From Haliotis cracherodii (lineage: Eukaryota): a DNA stretch of 64,000 nucleotides. Where the stretch lies: assembly GCF_022045235.1 (NCBI RefSeq), contig NW_027266275.1, positions 38,254,001 through 38,318,000 of the forward strand. The letters run 5' to 3'. Shown here piece by piece: positions 26,667 through 39,875 of the stretch; position 1 is the stretch's first letter; every line of letters begins with the position of its first letter. The notes below the pieces were generated by a model. The model did no database searches. It was not told where the DNA came from and saw only the letters and a program-made list of their open reading frames with translations. A program made the position numbers and the translations under genes.

Positions 26667-28818
26667 AATAACACTGGATGATACAATAATTATTCTTACA
26701 ATACAACTGTTGACTAATAAGTGAAGATGAGTTCTGGCTACAGTACTGGGTTATTCCACGGTCGACGGTTTGCGGTGCCTTGTGGTGAAATGGCTAGTTA
26801 GCTAGGGTCTTTTTTTATTGCTCCATCCACATTTCAATAATTCCTTTGTTTAAGCAATTAAAAACTATGTGACTGTGTGCCTTGATTATATAAGCATACA
26901 GTTTATATAATATAATTTTGAAATGCATAAAATTATGTACAAAATATTAAACATTGTTTAATGTTTAATCCTGATTTGGATCATTTGATATTTTCTTATA
27001 GTGTTAAGTTGTGCAACAATTAAATGGTTCAGAATAAGATACTTATTATGCGTATGGTTGCACTTGATTTACTTAGCCAAGCAATAAATCTTGAATAAAT
27101 GAGTTTTTGTGTACAAACAACATTTGTTAGGTTATTGTCTTTTTATAACTGTTCAAATATGTCTTTTGATATATCTCCTGCTTTGAATAATTTTTTAAAG
27201 GTGTTGAAAGATCCGAGTATTTGGAGTCATCTCAGAGAATGTCTTAAAATAGTGAGAAAAAAGCATGAGGCACAATCTGATTGGTTAAGTCTCTGTGTGC
27301 AGAATGTGTATATATACCAATGTCTGAATCTCTTGTTATAGCCAAATGTAATATTGAAATCTGTTTTAGGAGAATAGTATCTTCTGTGTGTGCCTTGTGT
27401 TCTTGTTTGCTACCAACTGCCATTACGCTTCTTTACCCAATGAAACAGTCATTTAACTTTAGTCGTGTTTAGAAGGCTCAAACGGAACATAAAAATAACT
27501 TGCGAAGACTTTGTATCACCTGTAGCCCAAGTAACTTTCATCATTAACATATCATTTGCTTGGTGTTAGCAATATATATTAGTTACTGTGGTATATCAAC
27601 TATATATCCATCTTCGAATAAGAATGTTAAATGTTATGAATCACTGTTCTAAGCAATATCCTTTTTTAATTTCTTGAGATCTCATGTTATGCTAAATGCA
27701 AAAAATAACATTGTCGATTCTGTGGACTGAGAAAATAAACATTTGCATAATTTTTATATGTTAAAAGAAGTCATTATTGGGTCTCAATTATGACATTTTG
27801 GAGTGAAGTGTTTTGTAAAAGAATCCATGGTTTCCAAATTTCCATGCTGCATATTTTTGGTGAATACTTTAGGAACAAATTTATAGTATGAGGCTGAAAT
27901 TGCTTGTGAATATTCCACATTAATGTGCTTCGATGTGTAGTTTGAGTTGTATGCCCAAACCTTTATGTAAGTATTGTATATATATATACATGTTAACAAC
28001 TTCCCTTACATCCCCTGCATAATGTCTTTTCTTGTGTATATAGGTCTTGTAGATAGATGTCAACTCTCTTCTGTTCTTGCTTTTCTATCAGGGTCTCTCC
28101 AATATATGCAAATCTTTTATTTTTAACCTATTTATATAGATATATTGTACAAAGATTATACATAGTTGATACAAATTTATGAGTAATTTATGACTTTTAT
28201 AACTTCGCCTCAATATGTACCATTTTTTAGACCTTTGTAAGAAATACTATTTTCTTACACCCTTTTCTATTGTCCATTCTGAGTTCTGGTGGCCTAAATT
28301 CAAAAGTCATATGCAATTATTTAAATGATTTCAATGGTGATTAATATTTGAACTCAATATATGTATGGCCAAATTTTTGCATGCATTAGTGACTTCATTT
28401 ATCATTAAAAGAAACGGATATATGAGTGGAAGCAGTAGCTAGGAACAGGGTATGTTGTGACAGGAGAGGCGTGGCTGTTTCAATATGGATGCCATTAGAG
28501 CAAGTTTTATACTTGCAACTATTCCCTTGTGTTGGACTTTTGTCAGTTTAGTACCTCAGTTTTTCAGGATGTTGAATGTAATGTCAGGTGTTATAGTCCA
28601 AATATTTTCCTGAGATTTAGCCTTTTTTCTCTTACCAAACTGCTAGCTTAAACCTGTGCATGATTTGCACTGAAGAAGGAAAACAAACTTTTACAGCAGG
28701 GGTTTATGGAATGAATCGTCTTCAGCGATAAAGTCATTTCCATGCATGCATAATGTGAGGTTTTTCAAAATGCATTGTTCTCAAGTATGATATATGCTAC
28801 TCAACATTTGCTAAAGAC

Positions 28819-28929
28819 CAGGGCGCCTTTGTACAAAACATCCTTATCGCTACGACTGTTGTAAGTCTGTGTTAATGTATGGGAGTTAAAATCACCTTAG
28901 CGCAAGATCGCTTTGTAACGGCACCCTGA
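28819..28929. mobile_element. Short MITE-like element
   Basis: cagggcgcc...tacaaa / tttgta...ggcaccctg imperfect inverted ends. Confidence 0.45.
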
Positions 28930-31900
28930 CCTTGGACTAAATATGACACTTTGGGTCCGATGCATGTGTGGAGTAGTGTACATAAAAGTCTTGCATTCTG
29001 ATGCAGTGTTGAGATAATCACATGAAAGGAGACGAGTTGCAGAATTTTGCAGCAGACTTGACATGATTCTGAGTTTCTCACAAATAGGTTGAAACTTGAC
29101 AGAGTATGATACATGAAAGATGATGTAATATACGATGTTCTCAGAATCATCTTGAACATTTCGCAGGGTACTCAAATGTTACATCACAAGGGGTCAATGC
29201 ATTACAGAGGTTGATGTGTTACTGAATATATCACACAAAAGTTAATGCGTTATTGAATATATCGTAAGGAAACTGATGCATTATTCAATGTTTTGCAAGG
29301 ACGTTGATGTGTTATAGAATATATCGCCCCTAGAAGCTGTTATATAAGGCTTGTTCTGTTGTATACATTGCATACAGTGTATATATATAGTTCATAAATA
29401 TACCTTGACATGATGGTAGTATGAAGGGCTGTTTGTTTATTTTAAGTCTTGAGTTTGATCCCATCTGTGTGGCTACATAGGTGTATACCCAGACATAACA
29501 TGGAGATCCTCGTGTTTGGATGCAAATTAATATTGAACTGTCTTCAAACAGTACTCCTAGTAACACTTGATAGTAACTTTCCAACCATATCATGTTCCGA
29601 GTAATAAACGCAAGGAATAATTTGATTATGTGTTGTGTTATCTTTTACTGTAAATAAGAGTTGGAGCTGCAATCTGACTTGAAACCATTCTTAAATTTGA
29701 TTAGGCGTATTTTGTACTTTTAACTGTGTGTAAATATTTTGCCCTAATGCTTTCTGTGATTGATGGTACCATCCTCGATGATGCAGGGTATTTTGTCTCC
29801 CTTTTTCAATATCAAATACCCTAGACCATTCACCAGCATTTTATTTTGTGGCTGATTATAATTATGCATTGGTTAACAAAGATGTCCAATCAAATGCACT
29901 CAAGAGCTAGAGATCTTCTGTGCGAAGTTTCTGGTAAGAGAAATGATGATGATGTCAGTCCATTAACAATACTATGGTGGTGAATGGGTACAGGTTATGT
30001 ATCATAATAGTATGGAGAAATTATGCATGGGATAAACAGAGTTGGTGAATGTTTTTGATCCCAGCCATATCCAGGTGGCCTGTCAACAATTAAGTCTGGG
30101 CCCCTTACACAAAGCAATCATAGTGCTAAAGTCTAACTCGATCTACTGGCCCTTTCACATTGGCTAATGATAGTCCTATAGCAGTAAGATCGTTTTTGGA
30201 ACGGGGCCCTGGACTAGATAAACTGGTGACTGCGTAAATTAGCAATGATACAGCCTCTGCTATGAGCAAGAGGACACTATCATGATCAGTTGCAAAAGTA
30301 CTGGGCACCTTCTCTAACCCAGGTCGTAGGGCACAACGATCTGCCCTCTAAAATCAGAAGTAAGAAGTCTGAGGTTAAAAAAAGAAAGAGTTAAATCTAC
30401 ATGTGGAGGTTTTGTTTTATTGTTTCGTTTTTTTTAAAGATAACATAACAATTAACCTATACTATTTTTTAATAAGCATCCATCTTTTTTTAAATATCTA
30501 TTACTATGGCAACACTTGGTTTGTTCTGGTCCATGAAAGTGAAGCAAACCTCAGGGCTAATTAATTGTTTTAATTCTGATACAAATGACAAGGTTTTCAA
30601 TCCATCTGGAAGAACTATAAACACATTTATCACTATCTGCAATATGGTTACCTTGGCTGTGTTGAAACGATACATACGCTACATTGAAAGTTATATTGGT
30701 GTAAAACATGAATAATAACAAACTGTTCAACAACCAGCTGACAGATTCTCTTGTATTTCCCGGTTGGCTATAAGAAGCATAACCTTCACGCCCTGTTTCG
30801 CCCCAAAATATCCCATCTTCGATTTCCTGAATTTAAAAAATCCCAAATGGTTCAGATTTGTGATTCAACCACAAAAAGAAAATAATATCAACGTATGAAA
30901 TATAAGTACTTCATCGGGATACGAATGGTATCGCATCCACATTGTCGGGGTGCGAATCGTAGCGCGACCCCACTGTATCGTTACACGTCTTCGATGTTCA
31001 TTTATTATTTGTGTTGCTTTCTTTCAGTTGGCAATGACAGTATGATGTGGAGACTTTAGGTCGTGTACACTACAATGTTCATCAGGCATTAATAGTCTGT
31101 CATACAGACCCTGAAACAAATATATCCAATGCAGCCCATGCAACTCTATTATAATGGGCAAGTCTAGATTACCGTAGTATCTGAGAATGAAGAGATACCC
31201 AGGAATTCCTTTTTATTAAAATAATTTAAGAACTTTTTTTTCTGTAAAATATGTTCATTTCAGAGACTAGATGATAGCCTAGGGCATCTACAATAAGCAA
31301 AAAACATTGATGGTCAGCTGAATTTGACATGGTTTCCAAACCAAAAAGCTGTCCCGACTTGACCCGACCGTCATATTTTACTGGCGCTGCGTCCAATATT
31401 TCCACGATCTACCGAGATCATTAACAGCAGTATAACATGTTAAATCCCACTGGAGTATTTCAGTAAAGCGGAGGAGTTTTACGTGATTATTTCAATAACA
31501 CTAAGGAATTTTTCAATAAAGTGAAGGATCTATTGCTCATTGGGATCCATAATGAATTGATGTTAGTTTTCGAGAGTTCCATCCATCCACCGTCACGATT
31601 GGTGATGCGCATCAGTCAATGAGGGTTGTGACATTAATGTCATACCGAAAATGCTTTGCGACCTTAAAACATGTAAGCAGAATAAGTTACACCTTTTAAT
31701 CAGATTTGAGTGATATTGTAACCCTTTTACTTCGTACTCAGATCTTCTGCGTGAGGATGACACAGTTCATTACTGGGGCACCAAATCATAATTGAATTAG
31801 TTCATGATCTCGGTATGGAATCGCTGAACGGGAGTTCTGAATTACACCCTCCATTTTGAACGGTTACACCAGTAAACAACGAACGTTAAGAGAAAATAAC

Positions 31901-32239
31901 AATATTTAAACTTATCTTGTTTCACTCTATGCATCTAATCCTTCTTCAGATCCTTGTGTGGAAACGACCCAAAACAAAGTTTCCAGCTTGTAAGCTTCAT
32001 TCGCCCAATCACCCTTTGGATCACTATGGCGACCACCCTGTCCATCAGGTCTTGCACGCGAATCTCGTGCAGCTTGCCGCACGTGTGCTGATCACCTGGC
32101 ACTCTCTGTCTAATCATTCTCTTTATCTTCGCCTCACTGTGGACACCTACTTATTTCTTGAGAGAATATTTTAGGCCTTAATTCTCAAAATTCTACGGGA
32201 GTTTGGGGCACTTCTTACACCATCTGGGCAAGGACCAAC

Positions 32240-32566
32240 AGAAACGTCCGCCCTGTGAGAAGTGCCGGCATATATTTTCTGCGGTGGATCCACACAGTTA
32301 ACCTACGTTCCGATGGAAAGAATGTTCATACCTTTCAACGAATACCTAAAGAAATGCAAGAAGAGGAACGTAGATCGCAGATCAAAATCTAAGGACACAG
32401 CATGGATCTTCCTCGTCAAAAAATGCCTAGACGTACAACGAAGTCTAGCGTCCGTCCGACCCTGAAAGCAGTGGTGAAGCAACCTACCCTAGCCACCATA
32501 ACATCTCTAACAGTCGAGGAGGTTGCTGTCGCAGATAGTTGTTTTTGGACGAGGAGATTCCCCAGG
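32240..32566 (+). mobile_element. Possible degenerate DIRS-like gag N-terminal zinc finger remnant
   Basis: Reads PCEKCRHIFSAVDPHS*PTFRWKECS, resembling the CxxC...DxH...C pattern; interrupted by stops. Confidence 0.3.
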
Positions 32567-32854
32567 CCTTTGAATGGCATTTAGAAGTGATTCACATAAG
32601 GAAGAGAATATATGGATGTCAACTTCTTTATTATGAGGAACACTGATAGGTGTAAGAATGGACATAGCAAGGGCCAATTTGAAGCCAGCTAGGCATTTTG
32701 CCCCGACAAAGATCAGAGCAATAAGTCCCATGCACTAGGCAGATGGTTAGAGTTTGCTAACAGAGGTCCGATGTTCTTTGACTCTTGTGTTGAGGGGTCT
32801 AAGGGTTTTTCCAATGTACTGGTGGCCACAGTTGCAGGGTATCAGGTATATATA

Positions 32855-34479
32855 CACCTCGTCATAAATATCGCACCACACATTTTAAAGTAAAAGCAGA
32901 AAATATCATTTTCAGTTTTTTTAAACTACACGCACATATTTCATATACTACACCATCTGTGAACATAATATCACAAACAGACCCTTTTCCGAGCTGCACG
33001 TGCATGCTTGCGTTGAGCATGCTTGTACCGGGGGTCGGTTTGCTAAAAATGCAGTATGCACATAGCCTCTTTTGGCGTATGTTATGTTGGCAGACACAGC
33101 TAAAATCTGGTTTTAGGCATAAATTAAGCTTTATTTTGACCAACCAGTGAAAAGACCAAGCGTCCAGTGCCTCTGAACCAAAGATGGCAAATTATTGGTA
33201 AGCACCAGATGTATGTTATATCGTGCTATTGGAGCACAACTGAACATTAATCACACTGTCATCAGCAGGCTAATACGTAAGCATACTGCTTCCGGTGAAG
33301 TGAAGGATGCACCGAGGTCTGGACGTCCCAGAAAAACCAATGACAGGGGAGATCGTGCTCTCAGACGAAGCCCAAAGTCTACTTGTATACAGCTGCGACA
33401 TGGATGGCATCCATACAACAGTGTGTCCATCAGCACCATCAGATGACGCCTAAATTCTGCAGGATTGAGAGCAAGACGACCAATCAGACGTCCACTCCTC
33501 ACAAATCAGCACCGCCATGCCCGTTTAGCCTGGTGCCAAGCACGTGCTCGCTGGAACCTGAGGACATGGAGAAGGATCCACTGGTCCGATGAAAGCACAT
33601 TTTTGCTGCATCATACAGACGGGAGGGCACGAGTTTGGAGGCAGAGAGGCACAGCATATATGATCAGAGGAATATTCAAGCTGATGTCCCATTTGGGGGT
33701 GGATCCGTCATGGTGTGGGGGTGTTGTTCCTACGATTGTAAACTTGACCTCATCACAGTTCCCGGAACACTGAATGGACAGAGGTACCAGGACTTGATCC
33801 TGGACGGTGCTGTTGTGCCTCATTTCGATAACCATGCTCTCGCCACTCGTCCAGTCTTCATGGACGACAATGCCAGACCACATCGTGCTCGAGCTGTTGT
33901 TCAGCATCTCCAACACAACGCCATCGAGACACTACCCTGGCCTGCCAGAAGTCCAGACATTAATCCTATTGAGCATTTGTGGGACATTTTGGGACGTAGG
34001 GTGAGAGCAAGGGATCCTCCAGTTCAGAACCTTCAGGAATTGACCCATGAATTGCATGATGAGTGGCAGCAGATCCCCCAACAGAGATTCAGACGTATGG
34101 TGACCAGCATGAGACGGCGTGTAGAACATGTTATCCAAGTGCGAGGCGGTTACACCAGATACTGAGTTAGCCAGTCATTGTGGACCTTACTAGTGTGTTC
34201 GACATTAATGAAATGTGAACTGTGTTGTGTTATAACGACTCCGGCAGCCATACTTATTTCACCTTATTTCACGGTGATTTTAGTGAACTTTAGTTTGCTA
34301 CAATTAAACCCTCAATTAGTACTCAAATTCTGTCTTGTGTTGTCAATTTTCTGACTGAACGCTCACATGAGGCCATATAAACAGTTAAATGTGCTTTTCT
34401 AAGCACCATATTTATGAGGTTAAAGATCCAGTTTTACTTAGTGAAAAAAAGTGGGTGGTGCGATATTTATGACAAGGTG
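32855..34479 (+). mobile_element. Tc1-family DNA transposon (DD34E), 1625 bp, TIRs intact
   Basis: TIRs CACCTYGTCATAAATATCGCACCAC, flanked by TA on both sides; internal transposase remnants. Confidence 0.95.
33185..34165 (+). pseudogene. Tc1 transposase, frameshifted
   Basis: RSGRPRKT linker, WSDES, GGGSVMVWG, DDNARPH and SPDINPIEHLW (34 aa between D and E), spread over three ORF fragments. Confidence 0.93.
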
Positions 34480-35056
34480 TATACATCCTCGGGGGTTGGG
34501 ACTCCCGCTGCTAGAGCCTCTGTCATTTGCTTGTAGATGGGTCTTGATAGACTTGCCGCTAGAGAAGGTGACATCTATGTTGGCTTTATTCTTGATGAGG
34601 CGGGAAATCTGATGAGTGACAGGGCCTTGGTAGGGTATGGTGATTTTGATGTACGATGGAGCTGGTTTGGGCCTGGGGTCGGAGTTCTTGAGGGACTTGC
34701 GGATGGTTATGGAGACTAGGTGGGAAGGATAGCTGTTGAGGAAGTGAAGGTTTCCTTGAGATGGTCCAGTTCACTGCTGAGGGCATGAGGGTGCCAAATG
34801 GATTTGGCACGTCGGGTGAAGGTGGCAGTGATGGCTTGTTTATCTGGGGAAGGTGGCAGGAGTTGTACTGGATGTATTGGTCTGTGTGTCACCAGAACGA
34901 GCCCACAGAGCTCCTCAACATCTCAACGCCCAGCACCAGAGAATCCAGTTCACCATGGAGGCTGAAACAAATCGACACCTTCCTTTCCTTGACGTGTCCC
35001 TCCAAACCACAGATGATGGACTAAGAACATCAGTGTACCGCAACACCCACACTGAC

Positions 35057-35480
35057 GCAGTTCAGCTGCAGTTGTCGGCCTTGGTCGGACGTCATTCAGC
35101 CGTCTTTGAATCTCGCCCCACAAGTGCTCAATGGGATTTAAATCGGGACTGAGGGCAGGCCACTGCATGGTTCTGCACCATTCTGCTGGAGGAAGTCTCT
35201 TGTTGCTCTCGCAGTGTGGGCACGGGCGTAATCATGCTGAAACTCGTGGTAGCGGCGACGTGCCAAATGAGGTATGGCGTGTGGTCTCAAGACTTGATCA
35301 ACGTACCGAGCTGCTGTGACACCATTGCCTCTCCCTGGACCGATGTTCTGGAAGACCACAGGGCCGACCCTCTGTGCAAGAACAATTCCACCCCACACCA
35401 TGATGCTCGGACCACCCCACGAGGCTCTCTCAACAACACAAGCATCCGAATAATGTTCTCCACGGCGTGGCCAGACTCTC
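35057..35480 (-). mobile_element. Second Tc1-family transposase fragment (different family)
   Basis: MVWGGI...FQHDYARAH / WPALSPDLNPIEHLW, frameshifted; no TIRs seen. Confidence 0.88.
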
Positions 35481-35544
35481 TTTCCCCTGCCCCTCTCTAT
35501 CTAATAGGAATGGAGTTTGTCCATCCATCCGCTTCTCGTCTAAG

Positions 35545-35948
35545 GGAGGACGGCTACCTCTACTGCGAGCGAGACTACGAGCTGTACTTTGCCCCGAAGT
35601 GTACCAAGTGCAGTGCTGCCATTGTTGGAGTAAGTGAACAATGTTGTATTTATGTACACATTATTATACTATGACATCACAGATATAGAATGTTGTGGCC
35701 TTGCACTCGATCACATCCTCACTAAAGAGTTCAGTATTTGCTGTTATTTCGTGGCAGTATTGGAATAAAATAAATAGAAATATGTTTTTAGGAAAAATGT
35801 AGGCTATAGCAGAATCACAAGAGTAAGATTTCAATATTTTAACCTGAAGGCCTATGTCAACTGACCAGTGGGTGGTGAAGAAAGAACTCTGGTAGATTCT
35901 CTTTGAGATATCATTTGTTCACAGACAAGCTATATCTCCTGTGGAAGT
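35545..35948 (+). pseudogene. Duplicated fragment of the Zasp LIM1 exon 3' half plus following intron (source about 24533-24941)
   Basis: GYLYCERDYELYFAPKCTKCSAAIVG|gtaagt and about 320 bp of intron match the source closely. Confidence 0.95.
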
Positions 35949-36230
35949 GGGGGCACGGGTGGCCCAGTCGTCTAAGGCGCCGTGATTAACTGTGCAGATT
36001 TGCGTCCCTTGGGCACACCAGAAACCTATGATTGTGGGTTCGAATCCCGGTTCGCCCCAATTATGTTTTTAGGTCTGTCAGCACCATACCCGTGCTCGTG
36101 GGTTTCACCGAAGTGGTAAACGTCTTAGACCTGCATCACTTCGGGCTTTCCTCCCACATTAAGCTGACACGCCGTGAAATACCTGGAATAATGTGAAAAG
36201 CGGCGTTAAACCCAACTCACTCACTCACTC
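35949..36230 (+). mobile_element. tRNA-derived SINE, family A (best-preserved copy)
   Basis: tRNA-Leu-like A box (tggcccagtcgtctaaggcgcc); B box gggttcgaatccc; (CACT)n tail. Confidence 0.92.
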
Positions 36231-37489
36231 GATGGGGACAAATGTTTCAAAATTGTTTAATGTCAGAAAATTGAAACTTTACACACTGATATTACTGGTC
36301 ATGATCTTAAATGAGTTTGTATATTGGTGTCTTGAATTCATTGTTTACAGAGTTATGGCCATTGCACAGTGCTTTTCAACTTTGTGTAAACTGTGTGAAA
36401 TGGGGAAATGGAAAGTTTTCTCAGAAACCAGAGAAGGTAAAAAATTTAACGAATGCATGCTAATGTATGAGATACCTGTCAAGTCTTATTTAAAAATTGG
36501 TGCCATAAATATTACGCCCCAATATAAAGGAGAAATATTTCGTGTATGTATTCATGTACTGCGCAGGATTAATGTAATTATCTAAATAGTTTAATATCCA
36601 TATTGTGTTCCAAAATATATCAGTATACATAGCTGAAGTTTTCCTTAACTTCATATTGCCTGTAATATTGCAAGCACATCATGTAGAGTTAACTCCCTTC
36701 GTTGCTAAGGACGCCGTTACGCGGTCAGCTTTACTGATAGTCACGATTGCTGTTCCTTATCGTTTATGACATTGTTGTAACGTAACTCTAGTGTAGAGTC
36801 CTGTGTTGATAATGTATATAGTATGCACCTTAAAACCATAATGGAACGGGCTAGGTTTCACCAGTTGTGCAATCACCTTTTTAATTACTTAAAACCCTCG
36901 TGTAGGCGAACGTGTCAGGTATGGCCAATAGCTAACATTGCCTCCGGCTATACTGTTATTACTTCGATGTTGGGAGCCCAGGTGTCATATACATCGTTGA
37001 TGATGTAATGAACAACGTTAATTGTGTTTTGTGTAATGTTCGTGTATAGCCAACGGCGATTGTAAATGTGTGTGTCTTATATGCAGTAAAACACGCGTCT
37101 CTCAGCTATATCTGTATTTGAATGAAATAAGGTCGAAATGTATCTGTTTAAGAAGTAATTTATTCTTTGTACACTAACTTATGTTATAAGACTGTTCAAT
37201 GAATATGATCATTGAAATATCATACAGCAACCAATATACCGTAGCATTATTATGATTATATGCTGAGTGGACTAGAGTAGTTAATAAATATGAAAATGTC
37301 AATGCACTTTAATGATGTATGTATAAAATTGACCATCACTTGCCGCTCCAGAAACAAAAGGAATTCACGTTTACATCTGTGCTCATGGTTTCTCTCTCTG
37401 TTTGAAAGGTACTAGCTATTTCCCCCAGTAGCATGACCTATCCTAGTGACGTCATCTTACCAGTGTGACGTCACAATCTCAGTTTTAGT

Positions 37490-37770
37490 GGTTGTCTCCT
37501 TGTATATCTATTTTCCATTGGGTTTGATTCTGTCCACTGGTCCTTAACATCTAGTTTATAAATAATTTCCAGTCCCTCTTTTCTAGCCTTTGGGCCATTA
37601 ATGTGTTTGTAACTGTAGGTGTCTTTGTTTACACCGAACACTAAATGCCAATCACCACATATAATAAATTTCCCACTGTCCAGTTTCACAGTTATTTCTC
37701 AGCTATTCCCCGCTATTTCTTTAAAAATGGTTTAATTAAATAAGGCCCATAAAATGTGTATAATTATATA
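37490..37770 (-). mobile_element. L1/Tx1-like APE endonuclease fragment
   Basis: YGP...IICGDWHLV...NGPKAR...DQW...NP...YT pattern. Confidence 0.7.
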
Positions 37771-38322
37771 ACATTTCCTATTTCAACTTCTATCTCATCC
37801 GTACAAAAATGTTTAACTTTAAGTAAGGATAGGATATATAGATGAACTTCCATATTACATCCATATATCTTATACTTGCTTAGTACTCCAACTTCTAAAT
37901 GCTTCTCAAAGAAGGTTAACTTTAAATTAAATATTGTCATTAAAACTGGATGTACCTCTGGCGTTAGTTTTATGAGATACAATAACGTTATACTTAGTGC
38001 TGTAACTATTAATCACTTTGGACTACTGCTACTTGCTAATGAATGAATTAATTAATTTTACATAGGCAAATACATTATTTACCATACATCAATAAAAGTA
38101 CTTGACTACATACAAAGAAATCATGTTACACAGTGCTATGAATATGGTACATTTTGAGAGCAGTAAGGTATCTAGCAGATATACATATTTTTTTATTATG
38201 GTATTTCTTCAAATTCCATATGAAGTGGAAGAAAGACAGCATGATGCTTTGCCAAGTATCGTAATCAAGTTCGTTAGTAAATTCATGGATATCTGCACCG
38301 AGAAAGAAGGAAAACAGGTTAT

Positions 38323-39178
38323 ACCTGACCTTGAGATACAATAACATTTTACTTAGTGTTATAACTGAACGTCACTTAGAACTACTACTAGCTAATGCTG
38401 TTGCACCTGACCTTGCTTGAGATAAAAAATAACGTTATACTTAGTGTTATAACTGTACGTCACTTAGAACTACTACTAGCTAATGATGTCACACCTGACG
38501 TAGCTTGAGATACAAAAACGTTATACTTAGTGTAATAACCGTACGTCACTTAGTACTACTACTAGCTATTGATGTCACACCTGACGTAGCTTGAGATACA
38601 ATAACGTTATACTTAGTGTTATAACTGGACGTCACTCAGTACTACTACTAGCTATTGATGTCACACCTGACGTAGCTTGAGATACAATAACGTTATACTT
38701 AGTGTTATAACTGTACGTCACTTAGTACTACTACTAGCTAATGATGTCACACCTGACGTAGCTTGAGATACAAAAACGTTATACTTAGTGTTATAACCGT
38801 ACGTCACTCAGTACTACTACTAGCTATTGATGTCACACCTGATGTAGCTTGAGATACAATAACGTTATACTTAGTGTTATAACCGTACGTCACTTAGTAC
38901 TACTACTAGCTATTGATGTCACACCTAACGTAGCTTGAGATACAATAACGTAATACTTAGTGTTTTGCAACTGTACGTCACTTGGTACTACCACTAGCTA
39001 ATGATGTTACACGTGGCCTAGCTTGAGATACAATAATGTTATACTTAGTGTTATAACTGTACGTCACTTAGTACTTCTACTAGCTAATGCTGCTGCACCT
39101 GACCTTGAGATGCAATAATGTTATACTTAGTGTTATAACTGTACGTCACTTACTACTGCTACTAGCTAATGATGTCAC
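38323..39178. repeat. 86-bp tandem repeat, about 10 copies (continues 40867-40925; diverged unit near 37950-38040)
   Basis: ctgacgtagcttgagatac recurs at 38495, 38581, 38667 and onward. Confidence 0.95.
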
Positions 39179-39875
39179 TAAGTAAGGATAAGAATTTATG
39201 GATGAACAACTTTTTTATTACAATTAAGAGCGACGTTTCGGTGTAGGTTCTAACAATAGTTAGCCACAAAATCCAGAGACTCTTAAAGAAACATGCCAAC
39301 ATTGATGTAGTTTTCAAAAGGAGTCATACTATTCAGAACACAATTAAAGCCACAGGGAAACCACCATCCAGCCACAAGCTAGAACCATCAGGAGCAGTGT
39401 ACCACATTCCATGCAATTGTGGACAAGCTTACATAGGCCCTTCCAAACCCAAATTAAAGAACATCAAATCTCAGTCTCCAAAGATGACTCTAAATCAGCT
39501 CTATCAGATCACATCCGTGACAACCCAAGCCACAGCATCCAGTGGGAGAGAGTCACAACCCTCGCCACCAACCTCAAAGACTTCAAGATCAGGAAGCTTC
39601 AAGAAGCCATCAACATCAAAAGACTTCAGCCCTCAATCAACCGTGACCAAGGATATTACATACCCCCGGCGTACCATCAACTCAACATCAACAAGACATA
39701 ATCCCGTTGTTTATTTACTGGCTTCTTCCTTTGTTTATGGCACTGACTTCACCGATGATTGTCATCACTACCCTTGTGTGGTCATAACAGGTTTCTCTAC
39801 TCCAGTATAACAATATCTACTCTACTGTATAAACATTGCCTCCTACTTGTATATATACTTGCTTACTACACTCTG

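Larger units (their letters stand above)
32568..35056 (-). mobile_element. Penelope-like element 1 (degenerate), split by Tc1, 5' part inverted
   Basis: Minus strand reads THTDQYIQYNSCH...SSELDHLKETF...PYQGPVTHQISRLIKNKANIDVTF...PRGC|IYLIPCNCGHQYIGKTLRPLNTRVKEH (GIY-YIG). The 3' tail is homologous to 40803-40862. Plus strand 34915-35056 reads HLNAQHQRIQFTMEAE...LPFLDV...VYRNTHTD. Confidence 0.88.

Noticed and set aside
35216-35674. 152-aa ORF ending in LIM sequence, as a possible new chimeric gene
   Set aside because: It is a chance fusion of antisense Tc1 sequence with the duplicated half-exon; there is no acceptor or complete LIM domain.
38323-39178. CRISPR-like regular array
   Set aside because: The whole 86-bp unit repeats with no unique spacers, there are no cas genes, and the context is eukaryotic.
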